Shown: positions 1 through 11,160, counted from the first letter of the stretch. The stretch is DNA of 64,000 nucleotides from SAR202 cluster bacterium AC-647-P02_OGT_505m (GCA_009391195.1 VEXB01000004.1:6665-70664), one strand, 5' to 3'. The notes: generated by a model from the letters alone, not told the origin. Made by a program: numbers and translations.

Positions 1-1
1 C

Positions 2-313
2 CCAGCTCTATTGTTTAATCTGGTAGACGAAGGGATGTTAACCCAGATAACTGCGAGCAGCGTATATGGAAAATTTGGCGACGAGGTTCAAAGATTTACG
101 AAGCAGATTTTGCGTTGTAATTTGGGGCATATACTCGCCTCGGACGCACATATGTCTACAGGTCCCAGGCCTCCGGATCTATTGAAAGGGTATTTTGAGG
201 TTTCTAAAATAGTTGGGAGAGATGCTGCAAAGGATATGGTAAGTACACTTCCAGGGGCTATATTAGAGAATAACGCGCTGGATATAAAACCACCAATATT
301 GATAAAAGATTGA
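2..313 (+). CDS. PHP-family tyrosine-protein phosphatase (CpsB/CapC/YwqE-like), 5'-partial
   Basis: QITASS...G.FG and ASDAH motifs typical of the CpsB/YwqE C-terminus; frame is open from the window edge. Confidence 0.75.
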   Translation, partial: PALLFNLVDEGMLTQITASSVYGKFGDEVQRFTKQILRCNLGHILASDAHMSTGPRPPDLLKGYFEVSKIVGRDAAKDMVSTLPGAILENNALDIKPPILIKD

Positions 314-327
314 TTTGCAAAAAAGCG

Positions 328-957
328 CTATCTGAGATGTCTACGAACAATATCCCAAACCTTTTCACTTATAGATTCGCTTGTTTGATTTGCATTAATT
401 ACTGTCCAAAGATTCTGGTCATTCTCAGAAATTTTTAGATATCCATCTCTAACTTTCTTGTGAAAGTCGATATTTTCTAGTTCCCACCTGTCTAAAGTAC
501 CTTTTTGTTTCCTTTGGAAAGAGTCTTCGGGATTAATATCCAGTAGAAATGCAATGTCTGGATTAAGATCATCAGTTGCCAACATATTTACATAATCAAT
601 ATGTTGGATATCTATACCTCGTCCGAATCCCTGATATGCAAGAGTAGAGTAGGTGTATCTATCCAGGACTACGACATGATCATTGGCCAAAGCGGGAATT
701 ATTTTATTTTTGACAAGGGCTCTTCGTGAAGCCGAAAGAAGAAATAATTCTGAATAGCCGTCGAGATCACTGCTAGTCTGAAGCCATTCTCTTATTTTTT
801 CACCGGTTTCAGTATCACCTGGCTCTCTGAGGTGGAGACAATTTATTCCTTCTCTATCGAGCTGACGTGTGAGGAGATGGGATTGCGTGCTCTTTCCGCT
901 GCCCTCTACTCCCTCAAAAACTATAAAGAGACCTCTGTTGCCTACAGATTTAGTCAT
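328..957 (-). CDS. tmk: Thymidylate kinase
   Basis: FEGVEGSGKST P-loop, REPG, DRYTYSTLAYQG. Confidence 0.95.
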   Translation of the reverse strand: MTKSVGNRGLFIVFEGVEGSGKSTQSHLLTRQLDREGINCLHLREPGDTETGEKIREWLQTSSDLDGYSELFLLSASRRALVKNKIIPALANDHVVVLDRYTYSTLAYQGFGRGIDIQHIDYVNMLATDDLNPDIAFLLDINPEDSFQRKQKGTLDRWELENIDFHKKVRDGYLKISENDQNLWTVINANQTSESISEKVWDIVRRHLR

Positions 958-2540
958 GCTTCGGAAATTACAACTCGCCGACGAGGTTCACTTCCAACAC
1001 TAGATGACTCAAGCCCAAATTGGGTGGCGACTTGATGTTGGAGTCTACGGATGTGGGAATTCTGGGGCCTTAATTCAATATCTGATTCCCCTTTACCAAC
1101 TCTGAGGGCGGCTTTCTCTGCCTCAAGGACAGCCAAGGAACGGTCCGCATCAGAGACTGATCTTCCCTCGCTTTCCCTAACTATGGCCCTAACGAATTGT
1201 TCAATCTGATTAACTGTATTTCTGCGAAGAACAAAAACAGGTTTCCCCATCCTTTCTGCTGTTTTTAACGCTTGTGTGCCTCTTCGATGATAATTTTTTG
1301 TCGTGACAACAAGATCAGCGATTTTCATGTCCCCCACCAGCGTTAATGGGGCATTTAGAGTTTTTATAATTTGATCTATTCTGCCTCTGTTTACCCCGTA
1401 TGGGAGAACACTGGTAATTTTGACGGATTCAGAAAAGAATTTAGCCGGGGATTCCTGATGGCCATTTCCGTTGCTATTGTCAGAAGTGCTGAGAGTCTTC
1501 ATATTATTCGTTTCAACCGACTTTTGGCTTACAATAGCTCCTTCTTCATTTAGGGATCTTACTTCGGATGAGATTGATTGCTTTCGAAGCATCCTATCTA
1601 CAGTACTTGCGACGTCATCGTGCACATTGACTATGTCCCACCCTTGTATCTCGACGAGTATGTCAAAAGTAGGTGGTGCATTTCGCTCTAATACAGTTTT
1701 CTGCGACCGACGTCTTCGAGCCTCTATATCTCCGAGGGTGACAGTATGGATTCCTCCCACTAGGTCAGATAATGTGGGGTTCATAATAAGATTCTCTAAT
1801 TGGTTCCCATGTGCTGTTGCAACAAGCTGCACTCCTCGTTCAGCAATAGTTCTCGCTGCATTCGCTTCTCTTTCCGTACCGATTTCATCGATGACTATAA
1901 CTTCCGGCATGTGGTTTTCAACCGCCTCAATCATTACGCCATGTTGTTCGGTAGGGGAGGGGACTTGCATTCGTCTTGCTCTTCCAATTGCCCTATGAGG
2001 AATATCTCCATCTCCAGCTATTTCATTGGATGTATCAACGACTATAACCCTTTTCCCAGCATCATCTGCCAAAACTCTTGCGACTTCTCTCAACATCGTG
2101 GTTTTTCCGACACCCGGTTTTCCTAGTAGGAGAACACTTTTTCCTGATGTAACCAAATCTTCTATAATCCGGATGGTTCCATATACGGCTCTCCCCACTC
2201 TGAAGGTAATACCTACAACCTTTCCACTGCGGTTCCTTATTGCAGAAATTCGGTGAAGAGTTCGCTCTATGCCAGCTCGATTGTCTAATCCGAACATACC
2301 TACTTTAGCGACAGAGAAATCTAGATCTGATTGATCTACTTCTGCGATGTCAATGAGTTCATTGATACCAAGGAAGCGGGCTTCAGGAGGACGGCCGAGG
2401 TCGAGCACCACCTCTAGTAGCTCTTCGAGGTTCGCATGAGCCAGAAGCTTATTTCTGATTCGGTCAGGAATAACCTCTATCAATAGCTGTAAGTCGGTAT
2501 CTTTTTCCTGAGTAAATATGGGACTGTTACCTACTTCCAC
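954..2540 (-). CDS. Ycf45/SpoIIIAA-like AAA+ ATPase with C-terminal R3H domain
   Basis: DLGRPPEAR, GKPGVGKT, VIDEIG, ATAHG; C-terminal RRLQH R3H motif; 4-bp overlap with tmk. Confidence 0.88.
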   Translation of the reverse strand: MEVGNSPIFTQEKDTDLQLLIEVIPDRIRNKLLAHANLEELLEVVLDLGRPPEARFLGINELIDIAEVDQSDLDFSVAKVGMFGLDNRAGIERTLHRISAIRNRSGKVVGITFRVGRAVYGTIRIIEDLVTSGKSVLLLGKPGVGKTTMLREVARVLADDAGKRVIVVDTSNEIAGDGDIPHRAIGRARRMQVPSPTEQHGVMIEAVENHMPEVIVIDEIGTEREANAARTIAERGVQLVATAHGNQLENLIMNPTLSDLVGGIHTVTLGDIEARRRRSQKTVLERNAPPTFDILVEIQGWDIVNVHDDVASTVDRMLRKQSISSEVRSLNEEGAIVSQKSVETNNMKTLSTSDNSNGNGHQESPAKFFSESVKITSVLPYGVNRGRIDQIIKTLNAPLTLVGDMKIADLVVTTKNYHRRGTQALKTAERMGKPVFVLRRNTVNQIEQFVRAIVRESEGRSVSDADRSLAVLEAEKAALRVGKGESDIELRPQNSHIRRLQHQVATQFGLESSSVGSEPRRRVVISEA

Positions 2541-2566
2541 AGTAACTTCTTTTGTCCCTCCCTATA

Positions 2567-3142
2567 CTATGAACTTGATAATCTACAGAACAATTCGTGT
2601 AGACGTGTATCGTCGGTCAATTCTGGATGGAAGGATGTTGCCATCAGTTTGCCTTGCTTTACTGCTACAGGTTTACCGTCTTCCACCTCAGCTATTATTT
2701 CAACTTCAGGACCTACATTAGTAACGACTGGGGCACGGATAAAAATTGCGTGAATTGGATCTCCTTCGATCGATGATACCTGTATGTCAGTTTCGAAACT
2801 GTCAACTTGCCTGCCGAAGGCATTGCGGGAAACCTCTATATTCATGAGTCCGAGAGGTTCTGGGCGCCTGTCCAGCAACTTTCTAGCAATAACAATCATT
2901 CCTGCGCAGGTACCCCAAACAGCCATCCCTTCACTTGACCTACGTTTGATGGCGTCTCTAAACCCATATATGTCCATTAACTGGACAATAGTCGTGCTTT
3001 CCCCTCCCGGTATGATCAATCCATCAAGACCCTCGAGCTGGTCAGGTAGTCTAACCTCTGACCAGTCAATTGAAATCGCGTCAAGCATTTTGCCGTGCTC
3101 TAGAAAATCGCCTTGGATAGCCAAGACTCCAATCTTCGGCAA
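2567..3142 (-). CDS. pdxT: Pyridoxal 5'-phosphate synthase glutaminase subunit
   Basis: GVLAIQG, PGGEST, GTCAG, FIRAP, FHPE. Confidence 0.96.
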   Translation of the reverse strand: MPKIGVLAIQGDFLEHGKMLDAISIDWSEVRLPDQLEGLDGLIIPGGESTTIVQLMDIYGFRDAIKRRSSEGMAVWGTCAGMIVIARKLLDRRPEPLGLMNIEVSRNAFGRQVDSFETDIQVSSIEGDPIHAIFIRAPVVTNVGPEVEIIAEVEDGKPVAVKQGKLMATSFHPELTDDTRLHELFCRLSSS

Positions 3143-3143
3143 A

Positions 3144-4043
3144 CTAGCAGCCTCTTGTTGCTAGCTGTTCAGACTCGGGCATGGTGCGAATATCTAGTCC
3201 AGGCATTGCATCTCCTAGTCCTTTTGAAACCTCCGCTAGCATGTGGGGATCGTTGAAATGTGTGGTGGCTTTCACAATGGCATCGGCCATTATGTCAGGA
3301 CGTTCAGACTTAAATATTCCTGAGCCAACGAATACTCCATCAACACCTATCTGCATCATCAAGGCAGCATCCGCAGGTGTTGAAATTCCTCCTGCAGCAA
3401 AGTTTACGACTGGAAGCTCGCCACTTTCATGTATGCCTTTTACTAATTCGTAAGGCGCCTTTAAATCCCTTGCTGTAGCCATTAACTCATCCGCTTCCAT
3501 GCTTTTAATGTGATTTATTTGGCCGAGTACTTTCCTAGCATGTCTTACTGCTTCAACGATGTTTCCGGAACCGGCCTCTCCTTTAGTCCTTATCATCGCG
3601 GCCCCTTCACCTATTCTCCGTAGGGCTTCTCCGAGGTCTCTGGCTCCACATACAAAAGGAACTTTAAAGTCATCTTTACTTATGTGGTTGTTTTCGTCTG
3701 CAGGGGTTAACACCTCTGACTCGTCAACGTAGTCAACTCCTAATGCTTCAAGTACCTGGGCCTCTACAAAATGTCCTATTCGTGCCTTGGCCATGACGGG
3801 TATCGTGACTGCCTCAATGATCTCGGCAATCATTTTAGGGTCTGACATTCTCGCGACACCACCCATCTTTCTTATGTCAGAGGGCACTCTCTCCAATGCC
3901 ATTACGGCCACTGCTCCCGCGTCTTCCGCGATTTTTGCTTGGTCGGGAGTGACAACGTCCATAATGACCCCCCCTTTTAGCATCTGTGCTAAGCCGGACT
4001 TTACTGTCCATGTACCTGTATCTGGTTTAGTTTCTATAGCCAT
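3144..4043 (-). CDS. pdxS: Pyridoxal 5'-phosphate synthase lyase subunit
   Basis: [28 protein letters not shown]; ATG at 4043 follows a GGAGG RBS. Confidence 0.97.
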   Translation of the reverse strand: MAIETKPDTGTWTVKSGLAQMLKGGVIMDVVTPDQAKIAEDAGAVAVMALERVPSDIRKMGGVARMSDPKMIAEIIEAVTIPVMAKARIGHFVEAQVLEALGVDYVDESEVLTPADENNHISKDDFKVPFVCGARDLGEALRRIGEGAAMIRTKGEAGSGNIVEAVRHARKVLGQINHIKSMEADELMATARDLKAPYELVKGIHESGELPVVNFAAGGISTPADAALMMQIGVDGVFVGSGIFKSERPDIMADAIVKATTHFNDPHMLAEVSKGLGDAMPGLDIRTMPESEQLATRGC

Positions 4044-4153
4044 GTGGTTCCTCCGCATCAGAATTTATCTGGGAATGTACTTTCGAAATTATACCTGTTT
4101 ATATGTCAGTCCCTCAATCAAGGACAGCTTTGGGCAAATATTAGGTGAGTCTG

Positions 4154-5179
4154 TTAATGAAATCCTTTTGCTGCAACGTACCTTGCCATGTCGATGGTTC
4201 TCAAACTATATCCCCATTCATTATCGTACCAGCCAACAACTTTCACCATGTTGGTTCCCAGAGTGATGGTTGAAAGGCCATCAATAACGCAACTGAATTT
4301 ATTCTTTCTATAGTCGGAGCTTACTAGAGGTTCAAGAGTAAAGTCTAAAATTCCATTGAGACTCCCCTCTGATGCATTTATATATGCTTGGTTAATGACG
4401 TCTGGGGTTATGCTGGATTCAAGTGTAGCGACTACGTCAGTTACAGAAACGGTTGCAGTGGGGACCCTGAAAGCCATTCCATGGACTTTACCCTCAAGGG
4501 CTGGAATGACCTGCCCAACTGCCTTAGCAGCTCCGGTAGTAGTCGGGATTATATTGGTACCTGCCGCTCTTGCTCTTCTCATATCCTTATGTCGTTTGTC
4601 TAAAACTTGCTGATCGTTTGTATAGGAATGAATCGTGGTCATCATACCGCTGATAATGCCGAATTGATCTTCAAGGACTTTCATTAGAGGTGCAACACAG
4701 TTGGTGGTACAAGATGCGTTAGAGAGTATGGAATGAGATACGGGATCATAATCTGACTCGTTGACCCCCATCACCACGGTAACATCCTCTCCTTTGGCTG
4801 GTGCTGAAATTATTACCTTTTTTGCACCAGCATCAATATGTTGCCTGGCCTTTTCGGCATCTGTAAATTTCCCAGTGCACTCCAATACTATGTCCACGTC
4901 CAATCTGTCCCATGGAATATCTATAGGGTTTGGGCTTGACACACAGTTGATTTCCATCTCATCAACAACAAATTTATCGCTAAAAGAGGAGACGGTTCCG
5001 TCATATACTCCGTAGGTACTGTCGTACTTAAACATATGGGCATTGGTTTCTGGATCTGCAAAACTATTTACCGCAACTACCTCCAAATCTGGGTAATTAC
5101 CGTCAGCAATTCCTCGCAGGATGAGTCTACCTATTCTTCCAAATCCATTAATTCCTAGACGCGTCTTGCTACTTGTCAT
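4154..5179 (-). CDS. gap: Type I glyceraldehyde-3-phosphate dehydrogenase
   Basis: GINGFGRIGR, ASCTTNC, WYDNEWGYS. Confidence 0.96.
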   Translation of the reverse strand: MTSSKTRLGINGFGRIGRLILRGIADGNYPDLEVVAVNSFADPETNAHMFKYDSTYGVYDGTVSSFSDKFVVDEMEINCVSSPNPIDIPWDRLDVDIVLECTGKFTDAEKARQHIDAGAKKVIISAPAKGEDVTVVMGVNESDYDPVSHSILSNASCTTNCVAPLMKVLEDQFGIISGMMTTIHSYTNDQQVLDKRHKDMRRARAAGTNIIPTTTGAAKAVGQVIPALEGKVHGMAFRVPTATVSVTDVVATLESSITPDVINQAYINASEGSLNGILDFTLEPLVSSDYRKNKFSCVIDGLSTITLGTNMVKVVGWYDNEWGYSLRTIDMARYVAAKGFH

Positions 5180-5228
5180 TATTTTTGTCTACTTTCCTTT
5201 TAGTTCCTTTGATAAAAACATTGGAGGT

Positions 5229-6521
5229 TCAACCTAAGTATTTCTTGTAAATGTCTATGCCGGCATATATTGCTTCACTTCCGAGTTCTTCTTCAATTCT
5301 GAGCAACTGATTGTACTTTGCAGTTCTTTCACCTCTTGCAGGTGCCCCGGTTTTGATTTGCCCGACATTCGTACCCACAGAGAGGTCTGCTATCACGGAA
5401 TCCTCAGTTTCTCCTGATCTGTGACTCATCACCATACCCCATCCGGCTGATCTAGCAATTTCGATGGCCGTCAGTGTCTCACTTAGTGTTCCTATTTGAT
5501 TCGGCTTTACAAGTACAGCGTTACCACACTTTTGTTTTACACCTTTAGAAATGCGTCTCGGATTCGTTGTTAATAAGTCGTCTCCAACTAGTTGTACAGA
5601 GGAACCTATAGAGGCAGTCATTTCCCGCCAATCATCCCATTCGTCCTCTGAAAGACCATCCTCTATGCTGACAATGGGATATTGATTTACCCAACTTTTG
5701 TATATATTAGACAATTCTTTTCCTGTGACGGTCCTGTTTTCACGTTGAAGTGAGTAATTGGAAGTTTCCTCGTCGAAGAGTTCCGCAGCGGCTGTGTCCA
5801 ATGCTATAAAAAATTGTTTACCAGGTTCGTAGTTTGCTTTCTCTATTGCGTCCATTATTAAATCTATAGCGGCTTGGTTTGAGGGAAGAGAAGGTGCAAA
5901 TCCACCTTCGTCTCCAACAGTTGTTTGCATTCGGTTTTTTTTCAATATGTCCAGCAGTGAGTAGTAGACTTCGCAACCAGCTCTCATTGCTTCAGTAAAA
6001 CTTTCAAATCCTGCGGGCACCACCATGAATTCTTGAACGTCGGTAGAATTTTCTGCGTGGCGCCCTCCGTTAATGATGTTCAACATAGGAACTGGGAGAA
6101 TATATTTTCCCGTATTATTGATGTGTTGATAAAGAGGAGTTTTACTACTCAGAGCCGCAGCTTTGGCAGTGGCAAGGGATACTGCGAGAGTGGAGTTGGC
6201 TCCTACATTACTTTTATTTTCTGTACCGTCAATTTCCACAATTTTTTTATCTATTTCTTCTTGACTCGAGGCATCCATCCCTTTAACTGCTGGAAATATC
6301 AAGGAATTTATGTTTTCAACAGCTGAAAGCACGCCCTTACCCCTAAACCGGGTTGGGTCTCCGTCTCTAAGTTCATGGGCTTCATATATTCCCGTACTTG
6401 CTCCAGATGGGGCAGCTGATCTACCAACTGATCCATCTGACAATCTTACGTCAGCTTCGACCGTTGGGTTACCTCTTGAATCCAAAATTTCCCTGGCCCT
6501 TATCTCTTGTATGTATGTCAT
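5229..6521 (-). CDS. eno: Enolase
   Basis: DSRGNPTVE, GDEGGFAP, SHRSGETED, KYNQLLRIEE. Confidence 0.98.
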   Translation of the reverse strand: MTYIQEIRAREILDSRGNPTVEADVRLSDGSVGRSAAPSGASTGIYEAHELRDGDPTRFRGKGVLSAVENINSLIFPAVKGMDASSQEEIDKKIVEIDGTENKSNVGANSTLAVSLATAKAAALSSKTPLYQHINNTGKYILPVPMLNIINGGRHAENSTDVQEFMVVPAGFESFTEAMRAGCEVYYSLLDILKKNRMQTTVGDEGGFAPSLPSNQAAIDLIMDAIEKANYEPGKQFFIALDTAAAELFDEETSNYSLQRENRTVTGKELSNIYKSWVNQYPIVSIEDGLSEDEWDDWREMTASIGSSVQLVGDDLLTTNPRRISKGVKQKCGNAVLVKPNQIGTLSETLTAIEIARSAGWGMVMSHRSGETEDSVIADLSVGTNVGQIKTGAPARGERTAKYNQLLRIEEELGSEAIYAGIDIYKKYLG

Positions 6522-7009
6522 CGATTCTCACATTTATTTAGTCTTTTGTTAGCTAGTAGTAATGCCGTTTCCACTGCCTGTGATGGAGTGTTACACAAAT
6601 GTAGGGAATTATCTTCACTACCTTCTCTATTAAAACTCCAAGTGTTCAGGCCAACAACTGGGATTTCATCTGATAGAGCATGACCGATCTCTGAAAGTGT
6701 GCCATAGGCGCCTCCAATTGCTATGACGGCGAGGCCCGATCTCACTACTATTAAATTTCGGGCATGTCCTAGGCCTGTACATATTGGGGTATCTATCCAG
6801 GGGTTAGCTTCATCTGTATTGAGTCCAGGTAAAATTCCGATTGTACTTCCACCTGCATTACTGGCACCTTTGCATACCGCTTCCATAACACCTCCCATAC
6901 CTCCGCAAACCACGGTTGCACCTGATTCTGCAAGTAGTTTTCCGACTTCCTCGGCTAGTGAGTAATTCTTGTGCGACGCGTTGCTTTCACCGATGATTGA
7001 TATGAGCAA
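6518..7009 (-). CDS. LOG-like Rossmann-fold protein (TIGR00725 type)
   Basis: CGGMGGVMEA, GILPG, GLGHARN, GGAYGTLSE. Confidence 0.85.
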   Translation of the reverse strand: MLISIIGESNASHKNYSLAEEVGKLLAESGATVVCGGMGGVMEAVCKGASNAGGSTIGILPGLNTDEANPWIDTPICTGLGHARNLIVVRSGLAVIAIGGAYGTLSEIGHALSDEIPVVGLNTWSFNREGSEDNSLHLCNTPSQAVETALLLANKRLNKCENR

Positions 7010-7132
7010 TTTTAACCAGAACTTTGGAAATTAAATCGGACGAGATTATAAGATTGTAAATATTGCAAAACTGAGTACACCGGCGAATCAAAGGCTTGGT
7101 ATTTCAGTGGATTATATACAGGGTGTAAATAT

Positions 7133-7957
7133 ATGGAAACTATACTAATCACTGGAGCTTCTTCAGGTATCGGCCGACTTTCAGCGATTCATCTTGCAGA
7201 GAAAGGTCATCAGGTAGTTATAGCTGCTAGAAATATGGATCGATTAGAAGAGACGGTGCATCAGGTGCCTAGCGTGGCTCACAACATTCATCCCTATATG
7301 ATGGACGTAAGTGATTCTAATAGCGTCAATAACACGGCGAATCTGATATTAGAAGACTGGGGGCATATTGATGTTCTTGTGAATAATGCGGGTTATGGAT
7401 TGAGAGGACCCTTGGAATTATTGGAGGCACAAGAAATTCAGGAACAGTTTCAGACAAACGTTTTTGGGTTGATGGAATTAACAAGGTTATTTATTCCGGA
7501 AATGAGAAAACGCTGTAGAGGTAAAATCATCAATATCAGTTCAGTTGTAGGTAGAATGCCCCTCCCATTCAATGGGGCTTATTCAGCAAGCAAATTTGCT
7601 CTTGAAGGGTTGTCTGAGAACCTGCGATTAGAGCTTGCCCCTTTCGGTATATCCGTATCAATAATAGAACCAGGTTATTTTGATACTGCCTTTGTTACCA
7701 ATCAAACAAAAGGTATTCATTCAGAGGAGACTGAGTCTCCTTATAAGTCTTATCAGGATAAGTATCTACATCGGCAAAATACTTTTGGCCGGCCGGCCAA
7801 AGCAAACAAAGTTGCCGTTACTATTGGTAACGTGATTGCATCTAAATCACCCAAATTGAGATATTTGGTTGGGGTCGATGCCCATTATGCAATGTTTTTA
7901 AAAGCTATTATCCCAGACCGGTTATTCAACTATATTCTAGGGAAAATATTGATGTAG
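7133..7957 (+). CDS. Short-chain dehydrogenase/reductase
   Basis: TGASSGIG, NNAG, YSASK. Confidence 0.92.
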   Translation: METILITGASSGIGRLSAIHLAEKGHQVVIAARNMDRLEETVHQVPSVAHNIHPYMMDVSDSNSVNNTANLILEDWGHIDVLVNNAGYGLRGPLELLEAQEIQEQFQTNVFGLMELTRLFIPEMRKRCRGKIINISSVVGRMPLPFNGAYSASKFALEGLSENLRLELAPFGISVSIIEPGYFDTAFVTNQTKGIHSEETESPYKSYQDKYLHRQNTFGRPAKANKVAVTIGNVIASKSPKLRYLVGVDAHYAMFLKAIIPDRLFNYILGKILM

Positions 7958-7958
7958 G

Positions 7959-7996
7959 AGAATGTAAGGACGTTGGAGATATAGTCCTTACATTCT
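7959..7996. terminator. Hairpin between convergent SDR and mdh (probable bidirectional terminator)
   Basis: 13-bp perfect inverted repeat AGAATGTAAGGAC / GTCCTTACATTCT. Confidence 0.7.
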
Positions 7997-8003
7997 ACTA
8001 AGA

Positions 8004-8936
8004 CTATTCAGCCTGAGCCATAACATCTATTAGTTCTTGAACAGCTTCTGCGGATCGTTTCAATTCACTATGCTCTTCTTCGTTGAGTTTAAGCTCCACA
8101 ATTTCCTCGGCTCCACCAGATCCTAGTTTCACGGGAACTCCGACATATAAATTGTTTATTCCGTAATGGCCTTGCAGATACGCTGTACATGGGAGTATTT
8201 CTTTTTTATCAAAAAGTATTGCTTCCACCATCTGTACAATTGATGCGGAGGGCGCATAGTATGCGCTACCGGTTTTGAGCAAGTTGACTATTTCTGCACC
8301 TCCATCACGTGCTCTTTGTACTATCTCTTCGAGTCTTTCAGGCTCAATTAATTGACTAACCGGAGTTCCTGCTACGTTGGTACTCTCTACTACTGGCACC
8401 ATAGTGTCTCCGTGGCCACCTAGGACGTAAGCAGAGACAGAATCCACAGACACGTTAAGTTCTTGTGCAAGAAAACTTCTATACCGGGCGGTGTCCAATA
8501 TTCCTGCCATGCCTACAACCCTTTCAGAAGGGAACCCACTGACTTTGAGTGCCTGCTGCGCCATTGCGTCCAGAGGATTAGTAACTATGACGTGAACGCT
8601 ATCGGGAGAATACTTAGAGGTCTCCGAAACGACGCTTGATACAATTTTCTGATTGGTTAGAAGTAAATCATCCCTACTCATTCCCGGTTTTCTTGCTATC
8701 CCTGATGTTACTACTACGACATCCGAATCAGCAGTTTCTTCGTATGTATTCGTCCCCAATATTTGAGCATCGGAACCTAGAATTGGGCCTGATTCAAGCA
8801 TGTCGAGAGCTTTTCCCTGAGGCAATCCATCCACTATGTCAACTAACACAACATCTGCATAGCCGCGATCAAAAATTCTTTGGGCTGCTGTCGCTCCCAC
8901 ATTCCCAGCACCAACAATTGTTACCTTGCTTCTCAT
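8004..8936 (-). CDS. mdh: Malate dehydrogenase (LDH-like)
   Basis: [16 protein letters not shown] (Arg specificity residue), NPLD, GGHGD. Confidence 0.95.
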   Translation of the reverse strand: MRSKVTIVGAGNVGATAAQRIFDRGYADVVLVDIVDGLPQGKALDMLESGPILGSDAQILGTNTYEETADSDVVVVTSGIARKPGMSRDDLLLTNQKIVSSVVSETSKYSPDSVHVIVTNPLDAMAQQALKVSGFPSERVVGMAGILDTARYRSFLAQELNVSVDSVSAYVLGGHGDTMVPVVESTNVAGTPVSQLIEPERLEEIVQRARDGGAEIVNLLKTGSAYYAPSASIVQMVEAILFDKKEILPCTAYLQGHYGINNLYVGVPVKLGSGGAEEIVELKLNEEEHSELKRSAEAVQELIDVMAQAE

Positions 8937-9057
8937 ATTTCCCCTTTCCTTGGATTAACTTATTACTGAAACGTTGTTATTCAATAACTATCAATAACAT
9001 ACACTAGCGGATAGGTAAGAGTGAATACTGGGAATGCATGATTACTGATTAGAGCTG

Positions 9058-10914
9058 CTAGGACAGAACAATTAGTACATCACCCTTTACAACAGTTGCA
9101 CCTTCTGTGACCTGCAGTTTCTGGACGGTGCCTGTGGCGGGTGACGGTAGAGTATTTTCCATTTTCATCGCTTCAAGAATTGCGACAGGTTCTCCAACTT
9201 TAACTTCGTCCCCTTCCTCAACTAAATACCTCAACAAAATTCCGGGCATGGGGGACACAAGAGATTCTCCATTGTTTGTAACTGAATCTTTAGAACTTGG
9301 CTCCTTGAAATCTGGTGCAATTTTCTCCTGGTTAATTCCTTCCGACTGATTAACCATAGGGACTATTTGACCAGGGGGCACATCTGCTGGATCAACTTCA
9401 ACTTTGAAATATTCATTTTCTACAAAAACATTAAAAGTTTTTGTCAATTGACTTTTTGGAGGGTATTGATCTCTAGGTTGGGGAATTATGGCTACAGGTT
9501 CAGAATCAAATCCGGGTTTCATTTCTTCAGGCATCTGGTCGAGTCCGTGTTTGATCCTGAGGAATTTTAAACCAGTGGTTGGGTAGAGGGCATATATTAA
9601 TACATCATCTATATTATCTGTGATGTCAGCAATCTCCGACTTTGCTTTTTCCATTTCAGGGTCTAATAGGTTTGCGGGGCGCTCATGAATAACAGGGCTC
9701 CCTTTCTTATAATCCTTCAGAACCGTTTTAGCTATTTCAGGATCAATAACTGAAGGAGGCCTACCATACATTCCGTAAACATATTCTTTGACCTGTCCAG
9801 AGATCATCTCGTACTTTCCGAATAGTACATTGCTAACGGACTGAGAGCCGATCATTTGGCTCATTGGAGTTACTAATGGCGGATATCCAAGGTCTTTTCT
9901 TGTTCTGGGGATTTCTTCCAGAACTTCATCCAATTTGTCTATGGCGTCTGCTTCCCTAAGCTGTGACAGTAAATTGCTAGCCATCCCACCGGGTATCTGG
10001 TGGCTTAGGACCTTTGCATCGATAACAGCTGCCTTTGGGCTTTCCAAATGGTGTCGGTACTTCGGAAGGATCGATTCGAGTTGATCTCCCAATTGAAGAA
10101 GTTGTTCTAAGTCCAGCTTAGGGTCATATGGAGTGCCGCTGAGGGTAACAACCAGAGGTTCGACTGCAGGTTGAGAGGTACGTAAGGCCAAGGGAGCAAG
10201 AGATGTATCAACCACGTCTATACCAGCTTCTATAGCCTTTAAGACACTCATTGACGCCATTCCGCTCGTATAGTGTGAGTGTAACTGAAGCGGTACGGAG
10301 ATTTTGCTTTTGAGGCCCTTTACAAGATTATAGGCATCATATGGCGCTAGTAGTCCTGCCATATCTTTGATGCATATACTGTCGGCTCCCATGGATTCAA
10401 ACAACTCAGCTTTGGAAAGATAGTAGTCCAAGCTGTAGATAGGGCCACCCATTTTTCCGGATTCAGTGACTGAGTAGCAAAGGGTCATCTGAAGATGTTT
10501 TCCAGTCTTCTTAACAGACTCAGCAGCTTTGCTGAGATTCCATTCGTCATTCAAAGCATCAAACACCCTGAAAACGTCAATGCCATTTTCTGATGATCTC
10601 TCCACGAACTCTTGGACCACATCGTCAGCGTAAGTTCTGTAACCGACTAAAGATTGGCCTCTTAGAAGCATGGAAAGTGGTGTGTTGGGCATCAACTCTT
10701 TGAATTTTCTGAGGCGATCCCAGGGATCTTCGCCAAGAAAACGAGTTGCTGTGTCAAAAGTTGCCCCTCCCCAAACCTCCATGGAATGAAAGCCTATTTG
10801 GTCCATCGCAGCGGCCATTGGCTCCATATCTTCCATTCTTAGTCGGGTGGCAAGCAAGCTTTGATGTCCGTCTCTGAAAGTAGTGTCTGTTATTTTTATG
10901 GGGCTTTGAGTCAT
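9058..10914 (-). CDS. Pyruvate/oxaloacetate carboxyltransferase fused to a biotin carrier (PycB/OadA/transcarboxylase 5S+1.3S-like)
   Basis: RDGHQSL, EVWGGATFD, IKDMAG, HSH, PGGM; C-terminal EAMKM biotinylation site. Confidence 0.92.
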   Translation of the reverse strand: MTQSPIKITDTTFRDGHQSLLATRLRMEDMEPMAAAMDQIGFHSMEVWGGATFDTATRFLGEDPWDRLRKFKELMPNTPLSMLLRGQSLVGYRTYADDVVQEFVERSSENGIDVFRVFDALNDEWNLSKAAESVKKTGKHLQMTLCYSVTESGKMGGPIYSLDYYLSKAELFESMGADSICIKDMAGLLAPYDAYNLVKGLKSKISVPLQLHSHYTSGMASMSVLKAIEAGIDVVDTSLAPLALRTSQPAVEPLVVTLSGTPYDPKLDLEQLLQLGDQLESILPKYRHHLESPKAAVIDAKVLSHQIPGGMASNLLSQLREADAIDKLDEVLEEIPRTRKDLGYPPLVTPMSQMIGSQSVSNVLFGKYEMISGQVKEYVYGMYGRPPSVIDPEIAKTVLKDYKKGSPVIHERPANLLDPEMEKAKSEIADITDNIDDVLIYALYPTTGLKFLRIKHGLDQMPEEMKPGFDSEPVAIIPQPRDQYPPKSQLTKTFNVFVENEYFKVEVDPADVPPGQIVPMVNQSEGINQEKIAPDFKEPSSKDSVTNNGESLVSPMPGILLRYLVEEGDEVKVGEPVAILEAMKMENTLPSPATGTVQKLQVTEGATVVKGDVLIVLS

Positions 10915-10926
10915 TTCATGATCCAG

Positions 10927-11160
10927 TTAAAAGTTATATGTTGATGTCCTGTTCCAGCCCATCGACTTTCTTGTGTATGCCAGAGGTAAAGACCCCTTTA
11001 GGGATACTTTCCAAGGGGGGAGAGAAAGAGAAGTTTTAAATTGTGGTTTGGTTTCGTCGCCCAGGTATGCATTTACGGCAGCGACTATGGCGGCGATTTG
11101 AGCTTGTTTTGGTTTGCGATCTGAGCTTCGTGTAGACGGTGGTGTTCTTGAATGTCTCAA
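10927..11160 (-). CDS. Small carboxylase accessory subunit (acyl-CoA carboxylase epsilon / OadG-MmdD-like)
   Basis: [12 protein letters not shown] helix followed by a Trp-containing tail; TTGA overlap with the upstream carboxyltransferase stop. Confidence 0.6.
   Translation of the reverse strand: MRHSRTPPSTRSSDRKPKQAQIAAIVAAVNAYLGDETKPQFKTSLSLPPWKVSLKGSLPLAYTRKSMGWNRTSTYNF

Noticed and set aside
3144-3155. PdxS ending in RGC instead of the usual RGW
   Set aside because: It is a single-base difference at the terminus, indistinguishable from drift or sequencing error.
9058-11160. Na+-pumping oxaloacetate decarboxylase (oadGAB)
   Set aside because: There is no OadB membrane subunit, and the small protein lacks an N-terminal TM helix.
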